Assembly: GCA_002104945.1 (NCBI GenBank)
Contig: MCFH01000101.1
Coordinates: forward strand, 8,373-72,372
Origin: Piromyces finnis finn
Lineage: Eukaryota > Fungi > Neocallimastigomycota
Length of the DNA: 64,000 bases
Direction: 5' to 3'
Below the pieces are notes generated by a model. That model saw only the letters and a program-made list of their open reading frames with translations. It was not told where the DNA came from and made no database searches. Of the stretch, positions 42,922 through 57,200 are shown piece after piece. How positions within the stretch are numbered: position 1 is the first letter of the stretch; every line of letters starts with the position of its first letter. A program made the position numbers and the translations under genes.

Positions 42922-43321
42922 TAAAAATAATACTTGTTATGAAAATAGAGTAAATAATAAAAACAATGAAAAAAAAAATAAAAATAATACTTGTTATGAA
43001 AATAGAGTAAATAATAAAAACAATGAAAAAAAAATAAAAATAATATTTGTTATGAAAATAGAGTAAATAATAAAAACAATGAAAAAAAAATAAAAATAAT
43101 ACTTGTTATGAAAATAGAGTAAATAATAAAAACAATGAAAAAAAAATAAAAATAATACTTGTTATGAAAATAGAGTAAATAATAAAAACAATGAAAAAAA
43201 ATAAAAATAATACTTGTTATGAAAATAGAGTAAATAATAAAAACAATGAAAAAAAAATAAAAATAATACTTGTTATGAAAATAGAGTAAATAATAAAAAC
43301 AATGAAAAAAAAATAAAAATA
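42922..43321. repeat. 56-57-bp minisatellite, about 7 copies
   Basis: Unit contains TACTTGTTATGAAAATAGAGTAAATAATAAAAACAATG. Confidence 0.92.
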
Positions 43322-44919
43322 TATATATATATAATATTATTTATTTTCTTTATTTTTATTTTTTTTTTAAACTTTCTTTATATTATGTTATTTCATATTG
43401 CTATTTTTATTTAATGCTATTGGTATTATATTTAATTTATTTTATTTCATTTATATCAACAGTATGTTTCATAATAATACATATATAAATTTAAAAATAT
43501 ATATTTTTTTTTTAATTTAAAAATTTTTAATATAAAGGTTAAGCTTTTTTAAGTATATAATAAATAAAATTATTCTAATCCTTTTTATTAAATTTTCAAA
43601 AATTTTATATTATTAAAAATTTAAAAATTTAGAAATTTACAAAAAATTTTATATTTTAACAATTTGAGATATTAAGCATTTATAACATTTATAATAATTA
43701 TAATAGCTAAATTAAAATTGTAATAATTTATATTATATTATTCATATATAAAAATAATATTTTTTCAAAAATTATAAACCTTTAGAGTTAGTCATTTATT
43801 TTCTTAACCTAAATCTATTTTAAGTTTACAATAAAATTTCTTGATACAATTTAACTTAAGTTGGTATTTAGATCATTTCCGGAAAATAAAAATGCTAATG
43901 CTAATAATATTTTTATATAGATGTCATTAGCCTCAAGCCATCTTCAATAAGAAAAAAGTATTAAACTAATTATTTAATTTAACTTGCTGAGTTTTAAATC
44001 CAAACTATGTCAAAATAAGCATTTACTCTAAAACTTCAAATATAGTTATCTCATTTATAAAAATAAATTAATTAATTATTTATTTACTTACTAATATTCA
44101 CTAAACTACTCCTAAAATGAGCCATTACTTATTTTATCCAATATGGAGCTTGATTATAACTTTAAGAGTGGTATTTAAATTATTTAATTATTAATTATAA
44201 TATATATTAGTACATATTAATTTAATATTAATTAAATTTATTATTAATTAAATATATTAGTAAAATTAAACTTGCTATTAGTTTATCATTATTTTAACTC
44301 TATATTAATTGACTGTCGAGTTGTAGTAGTTAGAACGTAATTTAATCCGAATGTTTTATTTAATTTAATATAGTAATTGATAAAGATTACAATTAATTAT
44401 CAGACTAACTAATTAAACTTTCTTTTTTAAACAATGAAAAGTATTGTTTAAAGCTTGTTTAAATAGAAGAATTATATAATTGAATTCTGAAAGAAAATGA
44501 CACGTATTCAAATATATTTTAAATTTTAAATATACTTAAAAAGTGATATATATGTATATTTTTGAATGATTTATTTTTACATATACGCTTGTTATACATT
44601 ATATTACTATTATAATATATGCAAATAAATTATAATGTATTATAAAGTTTATTGTTATTGTAATTATTAGAGTAAAAATATTTAAATTAATGAATTCTCG
44701 AGATTCCTAATGATAGGAATTTTTTTCGAGTATTTACACCCTCTCTATTTTTAAAGATTACATTTTAAATTTAATACATGATCAATTATTTATATTAATT
44801 GTCTATTCTATAAATTAAATATGTATTAATTACATATACCTTTTTTTAAAACCTCGTATTATATTTGTACATAATAATTATAAAGTCATAAGAAAAAAAA
44901 AAAAATTTTTTTATAATTT

Positions 44920-45165
44920 TTATAATTTCTATAATTTTTATAATTTCTATAATTTTTATAATTTCTATAATTTTTATAATTTCTATAATTTCTATAATTT
45001 TTATAATTTCTATAATTTTTATAATTTCTATAATTTTTATAATTTCTATAATTTTTATAATTTCTATAATTTTTATAATTTCTATAATTTTTATAATTTT
45101 ATAATTTTATAATTTTTATAATTTCTATAATTTTTATAATTTCTATAATTTTTATAATTATTTCT
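44920..45165. repeat. 9/18-bp minisatellite
   Basis: Alternating CTATAATTT / TTATAATTT. Confidence 0.88.
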
Positions 45166-45199
45166 ATAATACATACCAAATGTAGTAATTTTTAATTAT

Positions 45200-45435
45200 C
45201 TAATAATACAAGAGTTATTAAATAATACTATAATTTTTATAATTAAATATAGTATATTTTATATTTTAAAAATTAACTAACACTTGAAATGAACAAGTAT
45301 AAAAATCGTTAATTTTTTAATTTATTTTTCTTTATTTATTTTTAATAATTTATTTATTAAATTTTAGATACAAATATTATCACTTTCTATATTCATTTAT
45401 ATTTATATAATTAAGATAATATCATCCTTATATCA
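45200..45435 (+). repeat. Family-A LTR 3' fragment
   Basis: Homologous to 9075-9283 and 49775-49975. Confidence 0.68.
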
Positions 45436-45442
45436 AAATTAT

Positions 45443-46124
45443 TGTAAAAGGTTTATTATATTTTCTATAAGAGGAATAGATTTATATATTATTTTATATA
45501 AAAAAATATTATACTAATAAATAAGTAACAACCTCTCATACGAGCTAATAGTATAAATAATATTTTTATATTAAAATTTATAAATAAATTAGTAATTAAA
45601 CAATGAATAAAGTCATTTAGTTATATATAATAATAAATGTTTATCATCTTATTTCTCTTACTAATATAAACTATCTTTACCTACTTTAAATATAATTATT
45701 CTATATTATTAATTATTTATTATAATATTTTACTTTAATACTAACGCTAAAGTATTAGCGTTTGTTTACATGTTTTCTTTTATAATATTATTAATATGTA
45801 TTAACTATTATTAATTAATATTATTAAATATTAATTAATAATATTATTTACTTACTATAATAATACATGTTAATTATTTAAATATAAAATATTATATAAA
45901 TATAAAATATATAAAATATATAAAATATTATATAAAATATATAAAATATATAAAATATTATATAAAATATATAAAATATTATATAAAATATATAAAATAT
46001 TATTTAAATATATAAAATATTATTTAAATATAAAGTAATTATCAATATTTTATAGTATTTTATAATATAATATTAGTAAATAAATTATATCACATGAAAT
46101 ATCATATCATATGATAAATTAACA
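45443..46124. repeat. Family-L LTR (D-related), uninterrupted
   Basis: TGTAAAAGG start as in D; CTCTCATACGAG and ACTAACGCTAAAGTATT motifs shared with D; right end tentative (62 bp from tRNA-Glu). Confidence 0.65.
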
Positions 46125-46186
46125 TAAATATATGTGATTATATATTATAGCATTTAGTAATATTAATCCGTTATAGATAAAGAGTA

Positions 46187-46258
46187 TCCGCATTGGTCCA
46201 GTGGCTAGGATTCCACGCTTTCACCGTGGCGGCCGGGGTTCGATTCACCGATGCGGAA
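46187..46258 (+). tRNA. tRNA-Glu(TTC), one T-stem mismatch
   Basis: As 26896-26967 except C>A at 46247; B box intact. Confidence 0.88.
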
Positions 46259-46267
46259 GTCTTTGAA

Positions 46268-46341
46268 GCTCGCGTAGCCTAATTGGATAGGGCGTCAGAC
46301 TTCTAATCTGAAGATTGCGGGTTCGAGTCCCGCCGTGAGTG
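46268..46341 (+). tRNA. tRNA-Arg(TCT)
   Basis: Identical to the other two copies; 9 bp after tRNA-Glu. Confidence 0.96.
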
Positions 46342-48450
46342 AGGATTTTATTTTATAGAATGTTCATTTAAGATAGTAGTTTTATTTAATTATCATATAT
46401 ACATTTCTTATTTTATAAATATATAATTCGTTTATTTAAATAAATAATTTTATAATTTTTTTTTCTAGTATAGTAATAAAATAATAAAATTGAAAAATCA
46501 TAATAATGAATAATAGTATAGTATAGTATAGTATAGTATAGTATAGTATAGTATAGTATAGTATAGTATAGTATAGTATAGTATAGTATAATTTATTATG
46601 TGGAATTGTGTTTTCTGTTCTAATAAAGAATAAATAAAAAACTAAAACAATATTTAAGAAAAATGAATTATATATTAAATCATTAATTTTTTTTATATTT
46701 TATATTTTTATATATTTATATATTTGTATTTTTATATTTTTATATTTTTATATCTTTATATTTTTATATCTTTATATTTTTATATCTTTATATTTTTATA
46801 TTTTTATATCTTTATATTTTTATACTTTGATACTTTAATATGTGATATTAAAAAATTGCTTTTATGTATAAATATTAAATAACTAAAAATTACACATATT
46901 TTGACTTGAATTAGATATAATTATAATAGTGGTAGAAAAACAGAAAACCCTTTTATAAATTTTATTATTTTGTTTTGTAATAATTAAAAAAAAGTTAAGA
47001 AAAAAAATATTTTTGTTTCTTGTATCTAGCATTCTATTAATAAATTTAAACTTAAAAGAAATAGTAATAATTAAAAATTTTATATTAATGCTATTTAAAC
47101 AATAATAAATAAAATTGAAAATATTTATATATGAATAAACTTGAAATTTATTATGTAGTATACTTTACATTGCTAAGTTAATAACATAGAATATATTATA
47201 TTCATTTTATTAAGCACAACACACTATGAAAGATCTATTTTAAAAATACTACTTTTTGTTAATTTTTCAAATTGATTTTTTCATTATTTCTTCATAAAGT
47301 ATTATGAATAACTGATTTAAACATTAAAAATAACAAAATATTTACATGCTTTCATATAAATTTTTTAAATTTAAATTTTAAAAATGCCTAAAAAAAAAAA
47401 AAAAAAAGACACTACTTTATGAAAATATATAAATTTTAATTTTAAAAATAAACACATTTTTAATTTAAATTATTATTTATAATTAATTAAAGGAACATTC
47501 GTTGTTACATACAGCAAGTAGTAATAAAAAGTAAAGTAATGGAAATTTTTGATTTGAAGTAAATTACTTTTAATTTTGGTTTTATAAAAACTTACTCTTA
47601 ATTAAATCAGTTATGATTTTATATTGGTAAATTTAATTACTATTTTATAGCAAATTATATAATCAAAGTTAGTTTAATCATTAAAAATTTATAGTTTTTT
47701 CTTATTAGTCATTCATTCATTCATTAATTTATTTATTTATTTATTTATTTTGGTAAAAATGTTTTTAATAAACACTCACTATTTTTTCGTATTTTATCAT
47801 TATCAATTAAGTGATTAGTCATTATATAGCTTATAATATGTTTTTAAATATAATGTTTAATTATTATTTATATATTATATGGAATCCTTTATTTCATTTT
47901 CATTAAATCTTGATAATGCATATAATAAAAGAAATAAACTCAGTTTTTAATTTTTTGTAAAGATTATATAATTATAATTTTAATTATATAACTAGTAAAT
48001 ATTCATACATATATTAAAAATCATAATAAAAAACATTTTAAAATTAATATTTATTCTATAAATATAATGTATATCTTTGAGATTATTTAATAATAAGTAT
48101 TAATGATTAAGTAATGATTTTACATTTTAATAAAAGATTATTTCATAAATTCATTAAATACGATTCGTGGAGTAATTAAATAAAAAATTGTTTAAATAAA
48201 AACAAAATTTTGATAAATATTTAAATTTATGGAACAAGTAAATTTATTCAAAATAACTATAAAATATTTTATTTTTTACTTTCACTTTATTTTAAATTAC
48301 TTTAACATATATAATGTAGTATTAAAAATAGGGATATATTCAAATTGGATCAAGAAATACATATTTGATTTGTTTTAATTAAGCTTTATTGCTCTGGTTT
48401 ATTAAATAATTATAATTTTTCCAATTAGCAATAATACTATTAATTAAAAA

Positions 48451-48522
48451 TGGAGAGTGAGTGATTCGAACACCCAACCTTCCGCTCTGGAGGCGGACGC
48501 GCTACCGTTGCGCCAACCCTCC
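48451..48522 (-). tRNA. tRNA-Trp(CCA)
   Basis: Identical to 29085-29156. Confidence 0.95.
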
Positions 48523-48584
48523 TACTTGTTCTCTCAAATAAATAATTAAATTTATAAATTACAAATTAATAATAATAACAATAA

Positions 48585-49210
48585 TGTCATGAATATTAGT
48601 GGATTCATGATAATTTATTTAAATAATGTTTTATACATTTAATTAATTAGGAGTAATAATTTTATAAAACATTATTAAACAATATTTTTAGAGATTTCTA
48701 TTAATTATAATTATTAAGATTTTATATTTATTAAAGTTTAAATAATATCTCTTTGTTCATTTGATGTGGAAGGAAATTTAAATAAATGAAATAGTTAGTC
48801 ATTCCTCCTCAAATGATTGAAATGGTTTAAGCAATTAAATAAAGGCAAGTCATAAGCTTAAAGTCATTATATAAATATTTAATATATTTTAATTTATAGA
48901 ATAGTTAATTATATTAAAATTGAAATCATGTATTTTATAATTAATGTAACTTATTAAATAGATTAATCATTTATTAATTGATTTAAAAATTATAAATACT
49001 CGAAATTGATTCAACAATTGAACTTTTCGAGAAATCATTAAGTTTGATAACTCTACTTAGTGAATTAATAAAATATTTGGTTAATAAGATGTATTAATAA
49101 ATTTATTAATAAATAAAAGTATTATAATAATACATAATTTATATTAAATTAATAAGTAGGGTTAGGGCATTCTGACCTAACTTACCTAAATTCATCTTAG
49201 ATCCTTAACA
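48585..49210 (+). mobile_element. Family-C-related solo LTR, TSD AATAA, 62 bp upstream of tRNA-Trp
   Basis: TGTCATGAATATTAGTGGATTCATGA...ATCCTTAACA; AATAA on both sides (low complexity). Confidence 0.8.
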
Positions 49211-49217
49211 AATAATA

Positions 49218-49303
<86 letters not shown>

Positions 49304-49337
49304 TAATAATAATAATAATAATAATAAAATAAAAAGT

Positions 49338-49379
<42 letters not shown>

Positions 49380-49387
49380 TAAAAAGT

Positions 49388-49426
<39 letters not shown>

Positions 49427-49434
49427 TAAAAAGT

Positions 49435-49469
<35 letters not shown>

Positions 49470-49538
49470 TAAAACAAAGATAAAAATTAAAATATTTAAC
49501 ATGTATAAAATTATTAAATTAAAAATTATAAATGTAAA

Positions 49539-49569
<31 letters not shown>

Positions 49570-49975
49570 TAAATTAAATAGTTTATATTTGTTTATAGTT
49601 ATACTTTAAAATAATAATTTTGTATAAATAGTAATAGAAACATTCATTTTAAAAGATGTTCCTAATAATCCGTTAAAATTAGATAATAATATTAAATTTA
49701 TTAAAATAATATTTATAATTATGTTCATATACATACGAGATGTATTAATAATAAAATATATATATATATTTAATAATACGAGAGCTATTAAATATCAAAA
49801 TTTATAATTAAATAAATTTATTTTATAAAACTAACTAATACTTGAAAATGAACAAGTATAAAAACATTTATTTTTATTTTCTTTATTTTTATTTATTAAA
49901 TATTTTTTTTAGATACAGATATTATCACTTTCTATATTTCATTTATAGAATTAAGATAATATTCTTACCGTATCA
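49470..49975 (+). repeat. Family-A LTR (5' truncated)
   Basis: GTTCCTAATAATCCG, GAACAAGTATAAA; ends TACCGTATCA. Confidence 0.7.
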
Positions 49976-50236
49976 TTTCTAATAAAGAATAAAATTTATA
50001 AATAATCAATCAATATAAACTCTGACTTAAAAATTTTATTATAAATCTAATATTAAATTAAAATAGCAAACAATTAAGATAATGTAAATATAAATATTTA
50101 ATTAAATTTTAAAAATGTAAAATATAAACAATTTTTGTTTATAAACAAACTTAAATGTAATTAAATAGTATAAATTGAAATAGAAAACATTATTTTAAAA
50201 ACTGTTACTAATTAGCCAGGAAAATTAGAATATTTT

Positions 50237-50440
50237 AAAAAACTTACGACCCATTTGACTCTTTGTGTTTGGTTGTTTATTATAAATCTTTATAATAAAC
50301 TCGATAAGTTTATTTTTACTTTCTATTTTCTATTCTAATTTGTTCAATACTTCTTATTTCCGCATAATAATACTACAATATTATTCGTTAATATTATTGT
50401 AGATAGTAATTTCTGTAAACAATAATAAGAAATTACTACA
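50237..50440 (+). repeat. 5' LTR remnant of family-E element
   Basis: Essentially identical to 62103-62306; the upstream part of the LTR is absent. Confidence 0.92.
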
Positions 50441-50452
50441 ATAATAACTCTT
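50441..50452 (+). promoter_or_regulatory. Self-priming PBS (family E)
   Basis: ATAATAACTCTT is the reverse complement of AAGAGTTATTAT in the LTR (61999-62010). Confidence 0.8.
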
Positions 50453-50769
50453 CTCGTATTTTGTTTAATTGGACAACAATAATATTAATACATTGATACA
50501 TTAAACATATTACAAAACAATATATATATATATAAAAAAAAAAAATTTTACCAATCAAAAAAAAAAAAAAAATTTTTTACCAATCAAAAAAAAAAAAAAA
50601 ATTTTTATAAAAAAAAAAAAAAAAAAAAAAAAAAGATAATTAAACAGTTTAACAAAGGAAAAAAGTCATTTATAATTTTTTTTTTTACTATTAAATATTA
50701 TTGACATACATAATTAAGACTAATTTTTTTTTTTCTTTTTATATATATTGTATATATAAACTAAATAAT

Positions 50770-53532
50770 ATGGATCATTGTAAGTTGGATAGTATCAACG
50801 GTACCACAGCAAGTTCTTACAAAGATGAGAGTCCAAATAATCAAACTGCTTCAAAATTAATAACAGCTATCACTGACTTTATTCTGCTTTTTTCTCACCA
50901 AACGGAATTTTGCTCAAAGAAAACGAAACAAAAAACCCTATTAACATCTTAGAAGCAATAATACAAGGGGAAACTTTCTTCAAAGAACACCCAGAATCCT
51001 TCAAAAATGATGAATCAAAAAATTCATTTATAATAAATAAGCTCAGCGGTAATGCTAGAAAGTGGGGTCTTTCACTTTTAGCTGATGGCATTCTAAAAAA
51101 ACTCAATTTCCAACAATTCAAAGATCTTTTACTAGAAAATTTTGACGTGGGAACTGAAAGAAAGCAAAAGTATATGATTATGGACAAGCTGTGGAAACTC
51201 AAGCAATCTCATCTTGGTGGTGCTGTGGAATATACTATCGAATTTCGCAGATTGGCTGGACGTCTAGGATGGCCCGACGAAGTTCTGACTGATATTATAG
51301 GAAAGGGCTTAGTAAACAATGTAAGAGAGGAGTTCGATAAGTTAGAGAAACCTAAGACTCTCTTTGAAGCTACGAATATCATCATCAGCCTGGACAAGAA
51401 GTGCCTTCTGGAAAGCCAGTTACGAGGAAAGGATAGAGATAATAATAAGAACAAGAAATCTTTCAGAAGGCGAAGACACGAATTAGCAAAAAATGAGAAC
51501 CAAGGGAAACACTTTCTCCGAAAAGATAGATTTAAAAACAATATTCTTTCAGCTAACTATACTCCAGATGGAAAACCATCGATTACCACAACATTTTATC
51601 TATCAGTTAATGGAAGAAATGTAAAAGTAAATCTCCTAATAGACTCTGGATCAGCTAGAAGTTTTATCTGCAAAAGCTTTGCCAATGCACACAAGCTACC
51701 AACTACAGGCCTTGCTTCCCCCATCAATATACAACTCCCAAATGGAAAGGGGATGACCATTAAACAAACATGTAAACCACTCAAACTAAAGATTATGGAC
51801 CATTCTGAAGTTTTCGAATTCTGCATAGCTAATCTGTCTCTTCAAGGAATAAATGGAATCCTTGGAAGGGATTGGTTAGCATTACATAACCCTTATATAA
51901 ATTACCACCTCAATAAGATCTTCTTTATTGGAAAGTTTTGTGGCTCTCACTGTCCTTCCTCTACAAGGAATAAATTCCTAAATCAAAACATAACTGCTTC
52001 AATGATAGATAAACCATTACAAGACGGGAAGAAATCGATGGATTCTATCATTCCAGGTATGATATCAGAGGATGAACTTTTCGATACAGAAGTGTGCGCA
52101 GTAATGGTCCAAGAAGAGGAAGAAAACCGCTCGGAGAATAATATGAATAACATGAATATAATCAGTAAATTTTATTCTAAATTTCATCTTGTATTTGAAA
52201 AGAAGGAGGCGGAAAAATTACCTCCTCACCGCGAATACGACATATCAATAGATCTCATTCCAGGTGGGCAACTATATTTCGGACCCATTTACTCTTTGAC
52301 TGTTAAAGAATTAACCACTTTAAAAGAATACATTCAAGAAAATTTGGAGAAGAAATTCATAAGAAAATCCAAGTCTCCTGCTGGAGCCCCGGTACTTTTT
52401 GTGAAGAAACATGATGGATCTCTCCGACTTTGTGTGGATTACCGTCGACTGAATGCTATTACAATCCGTAATAGTTACCCTATTCCTAGAATCAACGACT
52501 TAATAGAAGCCTTCAAGAATGCAAGAATATTTACAAGACTTGACCTTAGATCAGCATACAACTTAGTACGAGTCAAGGAAGGTCATGAATACCTCACTGC
52601 ATTCCGGACACCATTAGGTCATTTCGAATACTTGGTTATGCCTTTTGGTCTCCGAAATGCACCATCCGTATTCCAACGCTTTGTTCAAGATGTACTAAAT
52701 GACACCATAGGTCTGTTCGCCCAAGTATACCTAGATGATATTATCATCTACTCACGCTCCTTGGAAGAACATATAAATCATGTCCGACTGGTTCTTGATT
52801 TACTTCTAAAAAATGGGTTATATGTTAAATTAGAGAAGTGTGACTTTCATGTCACGGAAACTACGTTCTTAGGCTTTACAATTTCCACTAATGGACTTGC
52901 TATGGACAAAAATAAAGTTAAATCTATTATAGAGTGGCCCACGCCAAAAAATGTTAAGGAACTACAAAGTTTCCTAGGACTCTGCAACTTTTATAGGAAG
53001 TTCATCAAGGACTTCGCCTCTAACATGGAACCTCTCCGGAAACTCCTAAAGAAAGACAACGACTTCATATGGGATAAAGCCGCCGAAGATGCTTTCAACA
53101 AATTAAAAGAAGCTTTTAGAGTCGGTGAAATATTGATCTTTCCTGACCCAGAGAAGGTATTCACTGTGGAAACAGACGCAAGTGACTTCGCTGTTGGCTG
53201 TGTCTTATCCCAGGTCAGTGACATGGATAACCAATTACATCCAGTTGCTTTTCACTCCAGATCTTTAAATAAAGCAGAAGTTAATTATACAATATATGAT
53301 AAAGAACTTCTCGCAATAATAACTGCTTTTGACATCTGGAGACACCACCTAGAAGGATCCAAGTTTCCTGTTCAAGTATATAACGGATCACAAAAATCTG
53401 TTATACCTTAAAAAGCCCAACACCTAAATCAAAGACAAATCCGATGGAGTTTTCTATCAAAATTTGACTTTAGGATTGCTTACAGACCAGGCGCTAAAAG
53501 TGGAAAACCAGATGCTTTGTCTAGACGCCCGG
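50770..53532 (+). pseudogene. gag-pol: gag-PR-RT-RNase H of family-E element (few frameshifts)
   Basis: LLIDSGS, LRLCVDYRRLN, YLDDIII, VETDASDFAVG; gag and pol in one frame over 833 aa; ends DALSRRP at the nested insertion. Confidence 0.95.
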
Positions 53533-53970
53533 TGTAAAGAAATGTGTCTTTAACAATAAAACAAATTATAATATTTACTAAATAATTAGTAATATTAACA
53601 CTTTAAAATATTCTGTAAATTATTAATTTATAAAATATCATTAAAAACACATAGAATTTAACTTAATAAGTTAGTGTTTAATAATATAATTATTTATTAA
53701 TAAAATCTCGATTCTTTAAAATATTTGGGAAAATTCACTCGTATTTATACTAAAAATTTTTTAAATTAATTTATATAAATTTTTTCAACTTAAAATTCTT
53801 AACCAATCAATAATCTTCATATAAAATAAAATTTAAAAATAAAATAAAATAAAATAAAATTATAATTTTTTTAAAATAGTATCTATGAGGTCTCGAACTA
53901 GTGTCATTCAGACTCAAAGTCTTAGCTACTAACCACTAAGACAATTTAGTTATTTCTAGTATTCATTACA
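53533..53970 (-). repeat. 3' LTR of nested chromovirus
   Basis: Differs from 59618-60055 by a handful of mostly homopolymer indels; preceded on the sense strand by GGAGGAGGACCA. Confidence 0.96.
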
Positions 53971-54279
53971 TGGTCCTCCTCCAGGATTCGGATACCAGAC
54001 GAATCTAGAATTTTAATATTTAAATATATGTTTTTCTTTTTTAATAAACTAAACTAAGGAGTGAATTTTCTTAATTATAAAAATACATTTAATATAATAA
54101 AATACATTTTTTTTTTTAATATTACTAAAGTTAAAAATAAAATATTGATAAATTTGATATTAATAAATTGTTTAATAATAAAATTGATATTGATAATGAT
54201 ATTAATAAGTTTTGATAATAATAATAATTGTGATTTTAATTATTAATAATAAATATAATTTGAATTTTTTAACTATTTT

Positions 54280-57200
54280 TTATTTCTTTCTATTAAATTT
54301 TTTAAAGTAGGCCCCTTGCAATTTTAGATTTTCTTCAGGCTCCCACGAAGCTTCATTGATTGAATACCCTTTCCATTTAATCAGGTATTGTATTTTTCCG
54401 TAATGTCTTCTTTTATCCAGAATTTCTTCAACTTCGTATTCTTCTTCATTGTCAACGGTAATAGGTGGCGGTGGTGGTTGAGATCTTCCAAATTTATCTT
54501 CGACATATTTTCTCGAGATTGGATACATGAATAATGGATGAATCTTAATTAGATTTTGGGAGACTTAATTTAAATGTAACATTTGATATTTTTTCCAAGA
54601 TTTTGTATGGGCCGAGTTTTCTTGGCTTAAATTTTTTATTTCCTTTGTGGATAATTAAAGAACTATCCAGCCAAACTTTGTCACCAACTTTAAAATTCGG
54701 AGCTTCTTTTCTACGTTTGTCAGCATGCTTCTTCTGGGTTTCCATGGCAGATTTTAAAATTTTCTTTTAAGGTATTAATTAAAGTTTTAAAATCTCTTGT
54801 AAACTCTTCTGCTCTTGGGACTTTAGATAAGTCTGGAATAACTGGTGAATATTTTGGATGAAAGCCGTAATTCAAAAAGAATGGAGAAAATTTGGATGAT
54901 TCTTGAACCACGTTGTTATAACTAAATTCTGCAAGACTAAGAAAACTTTTCCAATTTGAACCTTTATAATTTGAGAAACATCTTAAATATTGTTCTATAA
55001 GGAGTTCACCCTCTCCGTCTGACCGTTTGATTGATGATGAAATGGAGTAGACAACTTAAGTTCAATGCCAAGGGAGGAACAGATGGATTGGAAGAATTTA
55101 GAGGTAAATTGAGAACCTCTATCCGAGACAATAGATTCAGGTAGGCCATGAAGACGGAAAATATTATCAATAAAGGCTGTGGCTGTTTCGGCGGCGGAAG
55201 GAATACTTTTGAAACGGAATGAGATGGAACCATTTTTGTAAGACGACAATCAACAAACAAGAATGCAAGTGAAACAGAAGATGAAGGCAAATCATGTAAT
55301 GAAATCCATTGAAATGGATGACCAAGGACGTTCAGCAATATCAAGAGGATTCAGAAGACCATAAGGTTTATGACGAAAGGTTTTTGAACGACAACAAACT
55401 TCACAAGAACGAACGTAGTCTTTAACATCAGAAGAAATAGAAGGCCACCAGAAGTCTCTAGCAATAAGAGAAGATGTTTTCTTTATTCCGAAATGACCCA
55501 GCTGAAGGAGAGTCGTGACAGAGTTTAAAGAATTGAAAGACGACCAATTTGGAGGAACATAGATTCTGTCAGTAAAAAAGGAGAAAACTATTGCTTAAGG
55601 AAAATTTGTCAATTTGAGGGTGAGGTATTGGAGGTTTCCTACAATCAAAGATATTCACAGATTTTATTGTAAAAGTCATCATTTATATATTCGGAAAGAA
55701 AAAGAATCACTAATGGACGAAACAGAAGTCACAATGGCACAAAAGTTTTCAGGGCGAAGAACAATTAAAAGGAACATCAGAAGAGGAATTCGAATTGATA
55801 GCATAATCAGGACGACGAGATAGGCATCAGGCTTACCGTTAGAAGAACCAGAACGATAAATAATAACAAAGTTAAATTCAGAGAGAAACAAAGCCCAGCG
55901 AACAAGACGTTGAGACATTTTTTCAGGTTTCTTTTGATAGAGTAAATTTCGATGATCCGAGTAAATCTTAAAAGTAGAAGAAGAGCCTTTAAGTAGATGA
56001 CGCCATGTTTCAAGAGCAGCAACGATAGCTAAGAGCTCTTTATCATATATTGGATAATTACGTTCAGGACCAGTAAGAGAGCGAGAAAAGAAAGCAACTG
56101 GATGGGTCATATTATCAATTGGAGAGACTTGCGAGAGAATAGCACCAATGGCAAAGTTACTTGAATCAGTTTCGACTATGAATGGAAGTTCACGATTAGG
56201 AAATATAAGAACAGGAGCAGAAACAAATAAGGACTTGAGTGAATCGAAAGCATCTTGAGCTTCTTTAGACCATACAAATTTAACATTTTTCTTCAAAAGT
56301 TTATGCAAAGGATGAGCGATCTTTGCAAAATTTGGAATAAATCGACGGTAGTAGTTCGCAAGACCAAGAAAAGATTGAACCTCTTTAACATTAGATGGAG
56401 TAGGCCAGTTTAAAATAGAAGAAACTTTATTTGGGTCCATGTGAATCCATCAGTAGAAATCCTATGACCAAGGAAATCAATAAAAGAAACAAAGAATCGC
56501 ATTTTTCCAAATTTAGCAATAGAGCCCAGCATCCCTCAGGAGTTTTCAAAACAGTTTTGACATGAGATATATGAGATTTATAATCAGAGGAAAAAATAAT
56601 AATATCATCTATGTAAGAGAAAGCGAATTTACCAAGAACGTCTTCAGACATCATTAATGAAATGTTGAAAAACAGCAGGTGCATTTTTCAACCCAAAAGG
56701 CATCAACCAGTATTCAAAATGACCTAACTTGCAAGTAAAAGCGGTTTTATATTCATCACCACTTTTAATCCTGACCAAGTTATAGGCAGAACGAAGATCC
56801 AATTTTGGAGAAAATCTTCCCTTTTCCAAGATGTTCAAGCATATCTTGTATAAGAGGAAGGGGATAAGAATCACGAATAGTTATGGAGTTTAATTGGCGA
56901 TAGTCAACACACATACGAAGTTGACCGTTTTCTTAGGTACAAACAGAATAGGAGCTCCCGCAGGCGATTTTGATTTTCTAATAAATCCTTTCTTGAGATT
57001 TCTTTTATATATTCTTCTAAAGCAATTGATTCGGTTTTCTGTTAGAGGATAAATCGGTCCATAAAAACAGTTTTGAATTTTCTTTGAGTTTTATTTCACA
57101 ATCGTATGGACGGTGTGGAGGAAGTTTTTCAGCATTAGATTCATTGAAGACATCAGCAAAGTCAGAGAGAACATCCGGAAGTATAATAGAAGAATTGGGT

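Noticed and set aside
53971-53990. TGGTCCTCCTCCAGGATTCG after the LTR looks like a tRNA PBS on the plus strand
   Set aside because: It is antisense to the element's ORFs and one base short of tRNA geometry; on the sense strand it is the purine-rich tract before the 3' LTR
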